Source: Prorocentrum cordatum (lineage: Eukaryota). Taken from it: 64,000 nucleotides of DNA. The stretch lies in NCBI GenBank assembly GCA_963575745.1, contig CAUYUJ010000115.1:124001-188000 (forward strand). Reading direction: 5' to 3'. Positions within the stretch are counted from its first letter, which is position 1. Each line of letters begins with the position of its first letter. The position numbers and the translations under genes are program-made. This document shows positions 37,636 to 51,741 of the stretch, piece after piece. A model generated the notes under the pieces. That model was not told the origin of the DNA, searched no databases, and saw only the letters and a program-made list of their open reading frames with translations.

Positions 37636-39440
37636 CTGGCCGTTGTTTAGAGGGAGCTGCTGGGAGCCAGGGGGCGACAAATTCTCCAAACTCGTTGTGC
37701 GTGAAGGGGCGGCATGGGAGCCGCGCCAGGGCAATGTCGGGGCTAGCCAGGCAGGCAGTGACCCCCGCGAAGCCCCAGTAGGCCCCTGGGCTCCTGGAAG
37801 CCGACGACGGCCAAAGTTCACCGAAAACGCCCAAAAACGCCCTGCCTCGATCGTCGACGGCCGTGGGAAAAAACATGTCAGCCAGGGGAAAAAGGAGGAG
37901 GAGGAGAAGGGGGAAGAAAGGGAGGATGAGGAGGAGGAGGAGGAGGAGGAGGAGGAGGAGAAGACTACGACGACGTCGACGACGACGACGACGAACACCG
38001 ACGACGACGACGACAAACGGACACCGACGACCACGGACGACCACGACCACGGGCGAACGACGCGACGGACACCGACAACGACGACGGACACCGATGACCA
38101 CAGACGGACACCGATGATTACAGACGACCACGACCGCGGACGACGACAATGACGCCGGAGGACGACGACGACGACGACGGACGACGACGACGACGACGAC
38201 AACGGGCGACGACGACAATGACGACGACGACGGACGACGACGACGGACGACGACGTCGGATGATGACGACGGCGAAGACGACAACGGCGACCACGAATTC
38301 GAAGAGGGGCGACGACGACGATGATGGACGACGACGACGACCACGACGACGGACGAAGACGACGACGACGGGAGACGACGGCGAGCGACGACGAACGGGC
38401 GACGACGGGAGACGACGGACGACGACGACGACGACGACAACGGACAACGACGGACGACGACGACGACGGTGGACGACGACGACGACGGACGACGACGATG
38501 GCCGACGAGGACGACGACGGACGACGACGATGACGGACGACGACGACGACGTCGGACGACGACGGACGGACGGACGAACGGACGACGGACGGCAGCGGAC
38601 GACAGCGGACGACGACGACGACGACGACGACGATAAGAAGAAAAAGGAGGGGGACGGGGGGGGCGACGAGGGGGAGGAGGAGGAGGAGGAGGAGGAGGAG
38701 GAGGAGGAGGAGGAGGAGGAGGAGGAGGAAAGAGGAGGAGGGGGAGAGGAGGAGGAAGGAGGAACGAGGAGAGGAGGATGAGGAGAGGAGGAAAGGAGGA
38801 AGGAGGAGGGGGGGAGGAGGAACCGGAGAGGAGGAGGGGAGGAGGAAGAGAGAAGGAGGAGGAGGAGAAGGAGGAGAGAGGAGGAAGAGGAGGGGGGGGG
38901 GGAGGAAGGGAGGGAGGAGGAGGAGAGGAGAGGAGGAGGAAAGGAGAGGAGGAGGAGGAGGAAGGAAGTAAGGAGGGGGAGGAGGAGGAGGAGGAGGAGG
39001 AGGGGGGAAGACGAGGAGGAGGAGGAGGAGGAAGAGGAGGAGGAGGAGGCAGACGACTATGAGGATAAGCAAAAGGTGGAGGAGGGGGAGGAGGAGGAGC
39101 AGGAGGAGGAGGAGCAGGAGGAGGAGGAGGACACGACGACTCATAGATCCGAGAATGTGTTTTTTCATTGGTTATCATCCTTCTGAGCTTTTGACTTCGA
39201 GGCCCGTCGTCGGGCCCAGGGGTCATCGAACGTGGCTCCAGGGCGAAAAACCACTCCCGGGGAGACGACCGCGACGACCCAGAGAGATCCGAGGATGTGT
39301 TTTTTTTTTTTCAATCTGGCGTTTTTTCTTGGATTTCGCCACGCGGGGCCTGTCGTCGGGCCCGAGGCCATCGAGAGGGGCTTCGGGGCGAGAAAGTACT
39401 CCCAGGGATAGGGCGGGACCTCTGGGGCCGCGGATTGAAA

Positions 39441-39472
<32 letters not shown>

Positions 39473-42400
39473 CCACAGATCCGAGGATGTGATTTCTTCA
39501 TTATGGCGGTCTGTTCTTGGATCTCGGCGCGCGGAGCCCGTCGTCGGGCCTGGGGGCCATTGAAAAGGGTTGAGGGGCGAAAAACAACTCCCGGTGAAGG
39601 GGCGGGACCTTTGGGCCCGCGGGTCGAAAACGACGACGACGACGACCACGACGGCCCAGAGATCCGAGGATGTGACGTTTTCAATCAGGCGCTTTTTCTT
39701 GGATTTTGGCCTGCGGGGCCCGTCGGGCACGGATCTTTGGGGGCGACGACGACGCTCGGCAAGCGTCGCCCCCTCCGGATCCAGGTCCCCGGAAGCCACC
39801 GAAATTATTGAAGGCCCCTGGAGGCCGGAGTGGGCAACGCTTGCACGCGGTCGCGTCGTCGTCGCCGCCGCTGCTGCCGCGGCCGCCGCCAACGACGCGC
39901 CGCCGCCGCCGCCGCCGCACGGCCCGCGCCGCGCGGCGGCGCGCGGCGCGGCCGCCCTGGACGACCACCCGCCCTGGACGACCACAGCGGCCTCCTCGCG
40001 CCCTCGGTGGGATTGGCGCGGGGGTAGGGGGGGGGGGCGCAGGGGGCGGGCAGGTGAGGGTAGGGGGGGGTGGGCCCTGCGCAGATTAGGGGATGGGCGA
40101 AGGAGGTTTGTGTGATGCAAACGAGATCATTTGGCGGTTCTGGCCTAGCAAACGGGAGGTTGCATGTGAGACGCGTTTTGTTCCTCATCTCCAAGGGTGG
40201 GGGGGCAGGAGCGCGGGGCAAAGGGGGGCAGGGGGGGGTGGGGGGGGGGAGGAGGAGGGGGAGGAGGAGGAGGAGAAGGAGGAGGGAGGAGGAGGAGGAG
40301 GAGAAGGAGGGGGAGGAGGATAAGAAAAAGGAGGAGGGCGACAATTGTTTGACATCCGCGCGCCTGCCAAAGCCCAAGGCGCACGCTCTGGGGGGGCGGC
40401 GCATTCCTCCAAAGGGACGTGCAGGTGCACGAACAGGGCGCCAGCCCCAGGGAGAGCGAGCTGGCCGCCGGTGCGGCCCACTGGAGAGAGAACGGTGGCG
40501 GTGGCCAGTAGTAAAGTAAGAAGGATAAGGAAAAAGAGGAGGAGGAGGAGGAGAAAGAGGAGGGGGAGGACGAGGAGGAGGAGAAGGAGGATAAGGAGGA
40601 GGAAGAGGAGGAGGAGGAGGAGGAGGAGGAGGAGGAGAAGAAGGACGAGGAGGAGGAAGAAAAGGAGGAAAGGAGGAGAGGGTGAGGGGGAGGGGGAGGG
40701 GAGGAGGAAGAGGACGAGGAGAAGGAGGAGGAGGAGGAGGAGGAGGAGGAGGAGGAAGAGGAGGAGGAGGAGGACGAGGAGGAGGAGGAGGAAGGCATTG
40801 GCAAGGCGGGCCGTCCGCCCCAGGCGGCAAAGTCGGGCTGGTCGACATGGGGGGATAGCAGAAGGGAAAACAACGGGGGGTCTTGAGAATCAGCTTACGT
40901 AGCTGGTTTTCCAAACGCCCCCCGGTGCCGGAGGCGGCTATGCATCGAGGGGCGGGCCCTTCGGCGGGGCCAGCTGCGCGCAGCAGACTTCGCAACCCCC
41001 CCTTTCCCAATCCCTTCCATTCGTCTGGCCCGACGAATAGAGGAAGGGAGGGGGTGGAGGGAGTAGAGGGAGGAGGAGGGGGGGGAGGAGGAAGAGGAGG
41101 AGGAGGAGGAGGAGGAGGGGGAGGAGGAGGAGGAGGACGGGGGGCAGGAGGAGGAGGAGGAGAAGGAGGGGTTTGCCCTGTGAGCATTGGCGACCGCCAC
41201 CAGGAGACGGCGCCAGGAGGAAGAGGATGAGGAGGAGAGGGAAGAGGGGAAAAGGGGTGGTGGTGAAGAGGAAACGTTCTAAACCAATCACGCCCTAAAG
41301 GGCTGGTGCGAATTACATATGATGGCTTGAATTACCCAGGTGATGCATGTTTTCGAGATCGAGGCCGCGATCTCGTGGTTGCGAAGGCCAGATTTGGCGC
41401 GCAGTCGCGGTGGCGTGTGCCAGGTGTAGACGGCGTCGGGGGCCAGCGCGGCGACCGGCGCTGCAACGCGCATGGGGGGGGGGGGCTGCGGCGGCGGAGC
41501 ATAGACACCTCCTAGATGGGCCCGAGTAGATGGGTCGGAACATCTCGCCGCATCGCCGATACATCGGCGAAACATCGGCGATGCATCAGCGATGCATCAA
41601 AGACGCCAGCGGTGCATCGGCGACGTCGGCGCGACGCAAATCAGGCTCCGCATCGAACCGCATCGGCGATTCATCGGCGATGCAGCGTGATCCTCCGACC
41701 CCATCTACTCCGACCCCGCCCAGGAGGCTTAGAGAGATATATCGCCGCGAAGTTGAGGGGGGCACGCGGTGGATAAGCAGCATGATGATGAGGAGGGGCG
41801 CAGGCGGCGTAGGAGGGAGGTGGAGGCACGCTGGCAAGATACCGCCCGTTAGGAGAATGTTAGAGAAAAGGGCTTGGCTTCTTGCCGCCAGGTTCTGGGC
41901 CGAGAGCGGTTGCGCTTGAGTGGCCTCTTCTTCCTCGCGCGCCTCGATGGGAGCATGTCCCAACCTTGCAAATGAGGAAGAAACCGCCCGTCAAACGCAG
42001 CCGCCCCCGGCGCGCAACCTGGCGGTGAGAAGCCAAGCGCACTTCAAGAGCAACTGGAACCTGCTGCTGTCGAGGCGCGTTTGTTTTTTTACCGCCAGGC
42101 CCCGCGCCGAGAGCGGTTACACTTGAGCGGCCTTTTCTGCCTCACGCTCTTCAAGGGCATCATGTTCCAAACCTGCAAGTGAGGAAGCTGACGCCTTTCA
42201 AATGCAACCGGTGCCAGCGGGCGATCGCCAGCCCATCCAGAAACGACGCCCAGCCGAGTTGAGGTGATCAGGGATATTTCGGAATGAAGAGGGGCAGCCG
42301 TTATCGTTCGAAGGAGGAGGAGGAGGAGGAGGAGGAGGAGAAGGAGGAGAAGGATAATGGGGAGGAGGAGGGTGGATGATGAAGAAGGGAAAAGGATGAG

Positions 42401-42514
42401 GAGCAGGCGGATGATGAGAGGAGGGGGGATGAAGGAGGAGCGAGAAGCAGCAGGAGGAATGCCTCTTGGATATCTCTTGGAAGGCGCCGGCGTTCTCTTG
42501 GCGGCCCCCGGGAC

Positions 42515-44400
42515 CTCTTGGGGCGTCTCGGGTGCTTCTGAAGGGCCGCTTGGGGGCCATTTGGGGGCGTTTGGGGGGCCTCGCGTGGCCTCTTGGGGCC
42601 ATATTTGGGCCTTGTCGGGGGCCTCGGAGGCATTCATGGGACCATCTTGGAACACATCGATCAAAAGGGGGGGGGTACCTTATTTTGCGGCGCCCCTCTT
42701 GAGCCACAATCGCTTGTTGGGGGCCTCTTGAGGAGCTCTCTGGGTGCGTTTGTGCGCTCTCGGGGCCGCTTTGGGGCAATCTTGGGCGTCTATTTGAGCC
42801 CCCGTGGGACATATTGGAGCCATCCGGAGGCCCTGGGAGCCCATCGGAAGCGAAAGAGGGAGAACACAACAATCTGCGACTTTCTTTCATGTTTCAAGGA
42901 GGCATTGGACATCGTAGGGGCCTCTTTGGGGTCTCCGTGGCCACTTGGACCCATATGGGGGCCAACATGGTCTCTTTCGGAGGCCTCTTGGGGGCCAGGT
43001 TGGGCCAACCTTCTGGCATTTTGCTCCATCTTGGAAGCCATTTTGAAGCACCTGGGGCCCTCTCGGGGCCCTCTTGGGCCAAACGCTCCCCAAGGCCGCA
43101 ACCGAAAAAGCCCGCACCAATCAAAGTCCCGGTGTTTTTCGATTCTTTCGTTGATCCATGAGGAGAGGTCCTTAGTCAGGGCCCCTCTCTGGGGCCTTTA
43201 ATGTCGCATTGCGTGTCCCTCCCAGGGCCGTCTTGGGCCCTGCTTGGCCCCCTCTTGGGGTCCTTTTCGGGCCTTCGTGGCGCCATCTGGAGGCCTGGGA
43301 AGGCAATCGGAAGTGAACAGGCGAAATCCCCAAAGTTGTTGCTTTAGGGGTTGGAAGGATTTGGGCTTCTTGTGGGCCTCCTGGATTTGGGCTGCGTGGC
43401 AACCAGGACACGTCTTGAAGCGATCTTGGGGCCTCTTGGAACTTATTGGAAACCTCTTGGGGCGTCTCGGGTGCTTCTGAAAAAAGGGCCGTTTGGGGGC
43501 CATTTGGGGGCGTTTGGGGGGCCTCGCGTGGCCTCTTGGGGCCATATTTGGGCCTTGTCGGGGGCCTTGGAGGCGTTCTTGGGACCATCTTGGAACATAT
43601 CGATCAAAGGAGGATCCTTATTTTGCGGCACCCCTCTTGAGCCACAGTCGCTTGTTGGGGGCCTCTTGAGGAGCTCTCTGGGTGCGTTTATGCGCTCTCG
43701 GGGCCGCTTTGGGGCAACCTTGGGCGTCTATTTGAACCCCCGTGGGACATCTTGGAGCCATCCGGAGGCCCCGGGAACCCATCGGAAGCGAAAGAGGGAG
43801 AACACAACAATCTGCGATATTTTCTTTCAAGTTTCAAGGAGGAATTTGGCATCGTAGGGGCCTCTTTGGGGTCTCCGTGGCCACTTGGACCCATATTGGG
43901 GCCAACATGGTTTCTTTCGGAGGCCTCTTGGGGGCCAGGTTGGGCCAATATTTTGTTATTTTGCGCCATCTTGGAAGCCATCTTGAAGCATCTGGGGCCC
44001 TCTCGGGGCCCTCTTCGGCCAAACGCTTCTCGAGGCCGCAACCGAAAAAGCCCACACCAATCAAAGTCCCGGTGTTTTTCGGTTCTTTCGTTGATCCATG
44101 AGGAGAGGTCCTTAATCAGGGCCCCCCTTCTGGGGCCTCTAATGTCGCATTGCGTGTCCCTCCCAGGGCCGTCTTGGGCCCTGCTTGGCCCCCTCTTGGG
44201 GCCCTTTTCGGGCCTTCGTGGTGCCATCTTGAGGCTTGGGAAGGCAATCGGAAGTGAACAGGCGAAATCCCCAAAGTTGTTGCTTTAGGTGTTGGAAGGA
44301 TTTGGGCATTCTTGTGGGCCTCCTGGATTTGGGCTACGTGGCAACCTGGACACGTCTTGAATCGATATTGGGGCCCCTTGGAACCTGTTGGAAACCATCT
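42515..44400. repeat. ~940 bp tandem duplication at the inner end of the left arm
   Basis: CTCTTGGGGCGTCTCGGGTGCTTCTGAA at about 42515 and 43454. Inverted counterpart at about 45825-46950. Confidence 0.85.
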
Positions 44401-44454
44401 TGGGCAGTAATTTCCTTGGGCGCAAGGGTTCTTATTAGAGGGAGCGGGTCGTGC

Positions 44455-45257
44455 CAGAGGGAGCCGGATGGCTCACGACAGCCGCCGGCGCTGGCGGTTG
44501 TCGTGAGCCACCCGGCTCCCTCTGACAACCCTCAGACCCGAACGCTGGCTGCCCTGAGCAAGTGGGCAATTCTGCCCACTTGCTCGCGGCAACCGCCAGT
44601 GCCGGCGGCTGTCGTGAGCCACTCGCCGCTGTCGCTCCGGGGTGCCAGCAGGCATCCCTCCAGAGAGAAAGTTGGCCTTGGAGCTTCAGTGGGGGGTGGC
44701 TCACGACAACCTCCAGTGCCGGCGGTTGCCGCGAGCAAGTGGGCAGATTGCCCACTTGCTCAGGGCAGCCCGCGTTCGGGTCTGAGGGTAGTCAGATGGG
44801 GCCGGGTGGCTCACGACAACCGCCAGCGCCGGCGGTTGTCGTGAGCCACCCGGCTCCAACTGGACAGCACCGTGGCCTCCTCTAAGCAGCCCTTTTGCCA
44901 AAGGGAACCGGGTGGCTCACGACAACCTCCAGCGCCGGCGGTTGTCGTGAGCCACCCTGCTCCCTCTGGGCAGCTCCCTGGCTCCCTCTGGGCAGCACCC
45001 TGTGCCAAAGGGAGCCGGGTGGCTCACGACAACCGCCAGCGCCGGCGGTTGTCGTGAGCCATCCGGCTCCCTCTGGGCAGCTCCCTGGCTCCCTCTGGGC
45101 AGCACCCTGTGCCAAAGGGAGCCAAGTGGCTCACGACAACCGCCAGCGCCGGCGGGTGTCGTGAGCCATCCGGCTCCCTCTGGGCAGCTCCCTGGCTCCC
45201 TCTGGGCAGCACCCTGTGCCAAAGGGAGTCGGGTGGCTCACGACAACCGCCAGCGCG
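44455..45257. repeat. Tandem array of long palindromes (107 bp period in the 3' half)
   Basis: GGGTGGCTCACGACAACCGCC-AGCGCC-GGCGGTTGTCGTGAGCCACCC, about 8 copies, some degenerate. Confidence 0.9.
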
Positions 45258-45386
45258 CAGGGGCGGAAGGGAGGAGTGGGAGGGAGGAGGTGGGAAAAAA
45301 AATGACGCCACCGCCGGCGTTGCCGCTGCCGGCGTCCCCGCCGCCATCGGCGTCGCCGCCGCTGCTGGCGTCGCCCCACCGTCGCC

Positions 45387-45443
<57 letters not shown>

Positions 45444-45665
45444 TCGTCGCCTCCGACGTCGCCGTCTTCGTGCACCGCTGCCGTCGCTGTAGTCGTCGCC
45501 GCCGCTTTCGTCATCGCCGTAGCCGTCGCCGCTGCTGTCGCCGCCAGCGTCGTCGTCGTCGTCGTCGTCGCGCCGCCGTCATCGTCGTCGTCGCCGTCGC
45601 CCGCTGCCGTTGCCGCTGCCGGCGTCCCCGCCGCCGTCATCGTCGCCGCCGCTGCTGGCGTCGCC

Positions 45666-45698
<33 letters not shown>

Positions 45699-48600
45699 GT
45701 CGCCGTCGTCGCCTTCTTCGTCGCCGTCGTCGTCGCCACCGCCGTCGCCGTCGTCGTCGTCGTCGCCGCCTTCGTCGTCGCCGTCGTCGTCGCCGCCGCC
45801 GCCCCCGTCGCCGTCGCCGTCCATTGAGGGGCGCCGCAAAATATGGATCCCCCCTCTTTGATCGATCTGTTACAAAATGGCCCCAAGAATGCCTCCAAGG
45901 CCCCCGACAAGGCCCAAAGATGGCCCCAAGATGCCACGCGAGGCCCCCCAAACGCCCCCAAATGGCCCCCAAACGGCCCTTCAGAAGCACCCGAGACGCC
46001 CCAAGAGGTTTCCAACAGGTTCCAAGAGGCTCCAAGATCGATTCAAGACGTGTCCAGGTTGCCACGTAGCCCAAATCCAGGAGGCCCACAAGAAGCCCAA
46101 ATCCTTCCAACCCCTAAAGCAACAACTTTGGGGATTTCGCTTGTTCACTTCCGATTGCCTTCCCAGGCCTCAAGATGGCGCCACGAAGGCCCGAAAAGGG
46201 CCCCAAGAGGGGGCCAAGCAGGGCCCAAGACGGCCCTGGGAGGGACACGCAATGCGACATTAGAGGCCCCAGAAGGGGAACCCTGATCAAGGACCCCTCC
46301 TCATGGATCAACGAACGAACCGAAAAACACTGGGACTTTGATTGGTGTGGGTTTTTTCGGTTGCGGCCTTGGGAAGCGTTTGGCCCAAGAGGGCCCCGAG
46401 AGGGCCCCAGATGCTTCAAGATGGCCTCCAAAATGGCGCAAAATACCAAAAGGTTGGCCCAACCTGGCCCCCAAGAGGCCTCCGAGAGAGACCATATTGG
46501 CCCCGAGATGGGTCCAAGTGGCCACGGAGGCCCCAAAGAGGCCCCTACGATGCCAAATTCCTTTTTGAAACTTGAAGGAAAATCGCAGATTGTTGTGTAC
46601 TCCCTCTTTCGATTCCGATGGGCTCCCGGGGCCTCCGGATGGCTCCAATATGTCCCACGGGGGCTCAACTAGACGCCCAATATTGCCCCAAAGCGGCCCC
46701 GAGTGCGCACAAACGCACCCAGAGAGCGCCTCAAGAGGCCCCCAACAAGCGATTGTGGCTCAAGAGGGGCGCCGTAAAATAAGGACCCCCCCATCTTTGA
46801 TCGATCCGTTCCAAAATTGTCTCAAGAATGCCTCCAAAGCCCCCGACAAGGCCCAAATATGGCCCCAAGAGGCCACGCGAGGCCACCCAAACGCCCCCAA
46901 ATGGCCCCCAAACGGCCCTTCAGAAGCACCCGAGACGCCCCAAGAGGTCCCGGGGGCCGCCAAGAGAACGCCAACGCCTTCCAAGATATATCCAAAAGGA
47001 ATTCCTCCTGCTGCTTCTCGCTCCTCCCTCGCCCCCCCTCCTCTCATCATCCGCCTGCTCCTCATCCTTTTCCCTTCTTCATCAGCAATCCTCCTCCTCC
47101 CCATTATCCTTCTCCTCCTCCTCTTCCTTCGACCGATAGCGGCTGCCCCTCTTCGTTCCGACATATTCCTGATCACCTCAACTCGGCCGGGCGTCGTTTC
47201 TGGATGGGCTGGTGATCGCGCGCTGGCACCGGTTGCATTTGAAAGGCGTTATCTTCCTCACTTGCAGGTTTGGAACATGATGCCCTTGAAGAGCGCGAGG
47301 CAGAAAAGGCCGCTCAAGTGCAACCGCTCTTGGCGCGGGGCCCGGCGGCAAACAAAAAAAACGCGTCTCGACAGCAGCAGGTTCCAGTTGCTCTTGAAGT
47401 GCGCTTGGCTTCCCACCGCCAGGTTGCGCGCCGGGGGCGGCTGCGTTTGACGGGCGGTTTCTTCCTCATTTGCAAAATTGGGACATGCCCCCATCGAGGC
47501 GCGCGACGAAGAAAAGGTCACTCAAGTGGAACCGCTCTCGGCCCAGAATCTGGCGACAAGAGACCAAGCCCTTTTCACGAGCATTCTCCTAACGGGCGGT
47601 ATCTTGCCAGCGTGCCTCCACCTCCCTCCTGCGCCGGCTGCGCCCCTCATCCTCATGCTGCTCATCCACCGCGTGCCCCCCTCAACTTCGCGACGGTTTC
47701 TCTCTGAGCCTCCTGCATGGGGTCGGAGGAGATGGGGTCGGAGGATCACGCTGCATAGCCGATGCATCGCCGATGCGTGTCGATGCGGAGCCTGATTTGC
47801 GTCGCGCAGACGTCGCCGATGCACCGCCGGCGTCTTTGACGCATCGCTTGTGCATCGCCGATGTTTCGCCGATGTATCGGCGATGCGGCGAGATCCTCCG
47901 ACCCATCTACTCGGGCCCATCTAGGAGGTGTCTATGCTCCGCCGCCGCAGTCCCCCCTGCGCGTTACAGCGCTGGTCGCCGCGCTGGCCCCCGACGCCAT
48001 CTACGCCTGGCACACGCCAGCGCGACTGCGCGCCAAATCTGGCTTTCGCAACCACGAGATCGCGGGTTCGATATCGAAAACATGCATCACCTGGGTAATT
48101 CAAGCCATCATATGCAATTCGCACCAGCCCTTTAGGGCGTGATTGGTTGACAACGTTTCCCTTTCACCACCGCCCCTTTCCCCTCCTCCTCCTCCTCCCC
48201 CTCCTCCTCCTCCTCCTCCTCCCTCCTCCTCCCCCTCCTCCTCTTCCTCCTCCTCCTCCTGGCACAGTCTCCTGGTGGTGGTCGCCAGTGTTCGCAGGGC
48301 AGACCCATCCTCCTCCCCCTCCTCCTCCTCCTCCTCCGTCCCCTCCTTCCCCTTCTCCCCCTCCTCCTCCTCTTCCTCCTCCTCCTCTCCGTCCTCTTCC
48401 TCTTCCTCCTCCTCCTCCTCCTCCTCCTTCTCCTCCTCCTCCTCCCTCTACTCCTTCTACTCCCTCCCTTCTTCGATGTGTCGGGCCGGACGAATGGAAG
48501 GGATTGGGAACAAGGGGGGGGGGTGCGAAATCTGTTGCGCGCAGCTGGCCCCGCCGAAGGGCCCACCCGTCGATGCACAGCCGCCTCTGGCGCCGGGGGG

Positions 48601-49270
48601 CGCCGGGAAAATCAGCTACGCGAGCTGATTCTCAAGACCCCCCTTTGCTATGCCTTTTGCTATCCCCCCCTTTCGACCAACCCGACTTTGCCGCGTGGGG
48701 CGGACGGCGCGCCTTGCCTTTCGGCCTCTCGGCTCCTTTCCTTGCTGAGTCCTGCCGCCAATATCCGTCTGCTCCTCCGCACATCCACCCCTCCGTCTCC
48801 TCCCCTCCCCCCCCCTCCCCCTCCTCCTCCTTTTCCTCCTCCTCGACGCCCCCTCCCCCTCATCCTCTCTGCCTATCTTTCCGGTCACGTACCTCCTCCT
48901 CCTCATCCTCATCCTCCTCATGTTTTTCCTTTTCCCCCTCCTCTCCTCCCCCTCCCCCTCCTCCTCCTTTTCCTCCTCCTCCCCCTCCCCCTCATCCTCT
49001 CCTCCTTTCCTCCTCCTCCTCCTCCTCCTCCTCCTCCTTCAACGCTGGCCGCCGCCGCTCTCTCTCCAGTGGGCCGGACCGGCGGCCAGCTCGGTCTCCC
49101 TGGTGCTGGCGCCCTGTTCGTGCACCTGCGCGCCCCTTTGGAGAGATGCGCCGATCCCCCAGAGCGTGCGCCTTGGGCCTTGGCAGACGCGCGGATGTCA
49201 AACAATTGTCGTCCTCCTCCTTTTTCTTCTCCTCCTCCTCCTCCTCCTCCTTCTTCTCCTCCTCCTCCTT

Positions 49271-49302
<32 letters not shown>

Positions 49303-51741
49303 TGCGCCCTTTTTGCCCCGTGCTCCCGCCCCCCATCCTTGGAGATGAGGAACAAAACGCGTCTCAAATGCAACCTCCCGTTTGCTAGAAAGCATCGCGC
49401 CGCCAGAACCGCCAAGCGATCTCGTTTGCACCTTCGCCCCCCTCCTGTGCCCACCCCCCTGCCCCCCTGCGCCCCCCCCCGCGCCAGGCCTCCGAGGTCG
49501 CGGAGGAGGCCGCTGCGGTCGTCCAGGGCGGCCGCGCCGCGCGCCGCCGCGCGGCGCGGGCCGTGCGGCGGCGGCGGCGGCGGCGCGTCGTTGGCGGCGG
49601 CCGCAGCAGCAGCGGCGGCGACGACGACGCGACCGCGAGCAAGCGTTGCCCCCTCCGGCCTCCAGGGGCCTTCAATAATTTCGGGGGCTTCCGGGGACCT
49701 GGATCTGGGGGGGGGCAGCGCTTGCCGAGCGTCGTGGTCGTCGCCCCCTGAGATCCGTGCCCGACGGGCCCCGCAAGTCAAAATCCAGGGAAAAGCGCCT
49801 GACTGAAAACATCACATCCTCGGATCTCTAGGTCGTCGTCGTCGTCGTCGTTTTTGACCCGCGGCCCCAGAGGTTCCGCCCCTTCGCCGGGAGTGGTTTT
49901 TCGCCCCTGAACCCTTTTCAATGGCCCCCAGGCCCGACGACGGGCCCCGCGTGCCGAAATCCAAGAACGAACCTCCCGACTGAAAAAATCACATCCTCGG
50001 ATCTGTGGGTCGTCGTCGTCGTCAACGTCGTTTTCAATCCGCGGCCCCAGAGGTCCCGCCCTCTCCCTGGGAGTGTTTTTTCGCGCGGAAGCCCCTTTCG
50101 ATGGCCTCGGGCCCGACGACGGGCCCCGCGTGCCGAAATCCAAGAAAAAACGCCACACGGAAAAAAAAACACGTCCTCGGATTTCTGGGCTGTCGCGATC
50201 GTCTCCCCAGGAGTGGTTTTTCGCCCTGGGGCCATTTTCGATGGCCCCTGGGCCCGACGACGGGCCTCGAAGTCCAAAACTCAGAAGAAACAACAAATAT
50301 GGAAAACACACACATCCTCGGATCTCTGGGTCGTCGCGTCCTCCTTCCTCCTCCTCCTCTTCCTCCTCTTCCTCCTGCTCCTCCTTCTCCTCCTTCCCCT
50401 CCTCCTCCTGTTTCTTCTCCTCGTAGTCGTCTTCTTCTTCTTAATGTTCTTTTTCTTATGTTTCTTCTTCCTCCTCCTCCTCCTCCTCCTCCCCCTCCTC
50501 TCCCTCCTCCTCCTCCTCCTCCTCTCCTCCTCCTCCTCCTTCTCCTCCTCCTCCTCCTCCCCCCTCCTCCTCTCCTCCTCCCTCCCCCTCCTCCTCCTCC
50601 TCCCCCTCCACCTCCTCCTCCTCTCTGTCCCTCCTCCTCTTCCTCCTCCTCCTCCTCCTCCTCCTCCTGCTCCCCGTCCTCCTCCTCCTCCTCCTCCTCC
50701 TCCTCCTCTTTCCCCTCCTCGCCCCCTCGTCCACCTCCTGTTTCTCCTCCTCGTCGTCGTCGTTGTCGTCGGTTGTCGTCCGCTGCCGTCCGTCGTCCGT
50801 CCGTCCGTCCGTCCGTCCGTCCGTCCGTCGTCGTCCGTCGTCCACGTCGTCTATCATCGTCGTCGTCCTTCGTCGTCGTCGTCCGCCATCGTCGTCGTCC
50901 GTCGTCGTCGTCGTCCACCGTCGTCGTCGTCCGTCGCTGTCCGTTGTCGTCGTCGTCGTCGTCGTCCGTCGGTCGTCGCCCGTTCGTCGTCGCTGTCGCC
51001 CGTCGTCGTCGCCCGTCGTCGTCGTCGTTGTCGTCCGTCGTCGTCGTCGTCCATCATCGTCGTCGTCGTCGCCCCTCTTTGAATTCGTCGTCGTCGTTGT
51101 CGTCCTCGCCGTCGTCGTCATCCGCCGTCGTCGTCCGTCGTCGTCGCCCGTCGTCGTCGTCCGTCGTCGTCGTCGTCGTCGTTGTCGTCGTCGTCCGTTG
51201 TCGTCGTTGTCGTCGTCGTCCGTCGTCGTCGTCGTCGTCGTCGTCGCGTCGTCATTGTCGTCGTCCGCGGTCGTGGTCGTCTGTAATCATCGGTGTCCGT
51301 CTGTGGTCATCGGTGTCCGTCGTCGTTGTCGGTGTCCGTCGCGTCGTTCGCCCGTGGTCGTGGTCGTCGGTGTCCGTCGTCGTCGTCGTCGGCGTCCGCC
51401 GTCGTCGTCGACGTCGTCGTCGTCGTCTTCTCCTCCTCCTCCTCCTCCTCCTCCTCTTCCGTTTCTTCCTCCTTCTTCTCCTCCTCGTTTTTCTTCTGGC
51501 TGACATGCTTTTGCCCGCGGCCGTCGAGGATCGAGGCAGGGCGTTTTCGGGCGTTTTCGGTGAACTTTGGCCGTCGTCGGCTTCCTGGAGCCCAGGGGCC
51601 TACTGGGGCTTCGCGGGGGGCGCTGCCTGGCTAGCCCCGACATTGCCCTGGCGCGGCTCCCATGCCGCGCCTTTGCGCACAACGAGTTTGGAGAATTTGT
51701 CGCCCCCTGGCTCCCAGCAGCTCCCTCTAAACAACGGCCAG

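Larger units (their letters stand above)
37636..51741. mobile_element. Large foldback / inverted repeat with ~6 kb arms
   Basis: CTGGCCGTTGTTTAGAGGGAGCTGCTGGGAGCC at 37636 is the reverse complement of the sequence ending at 51741. Colinear but diverged homology between about 37636-43640 and 45825-51741. Confidence 0.9.
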
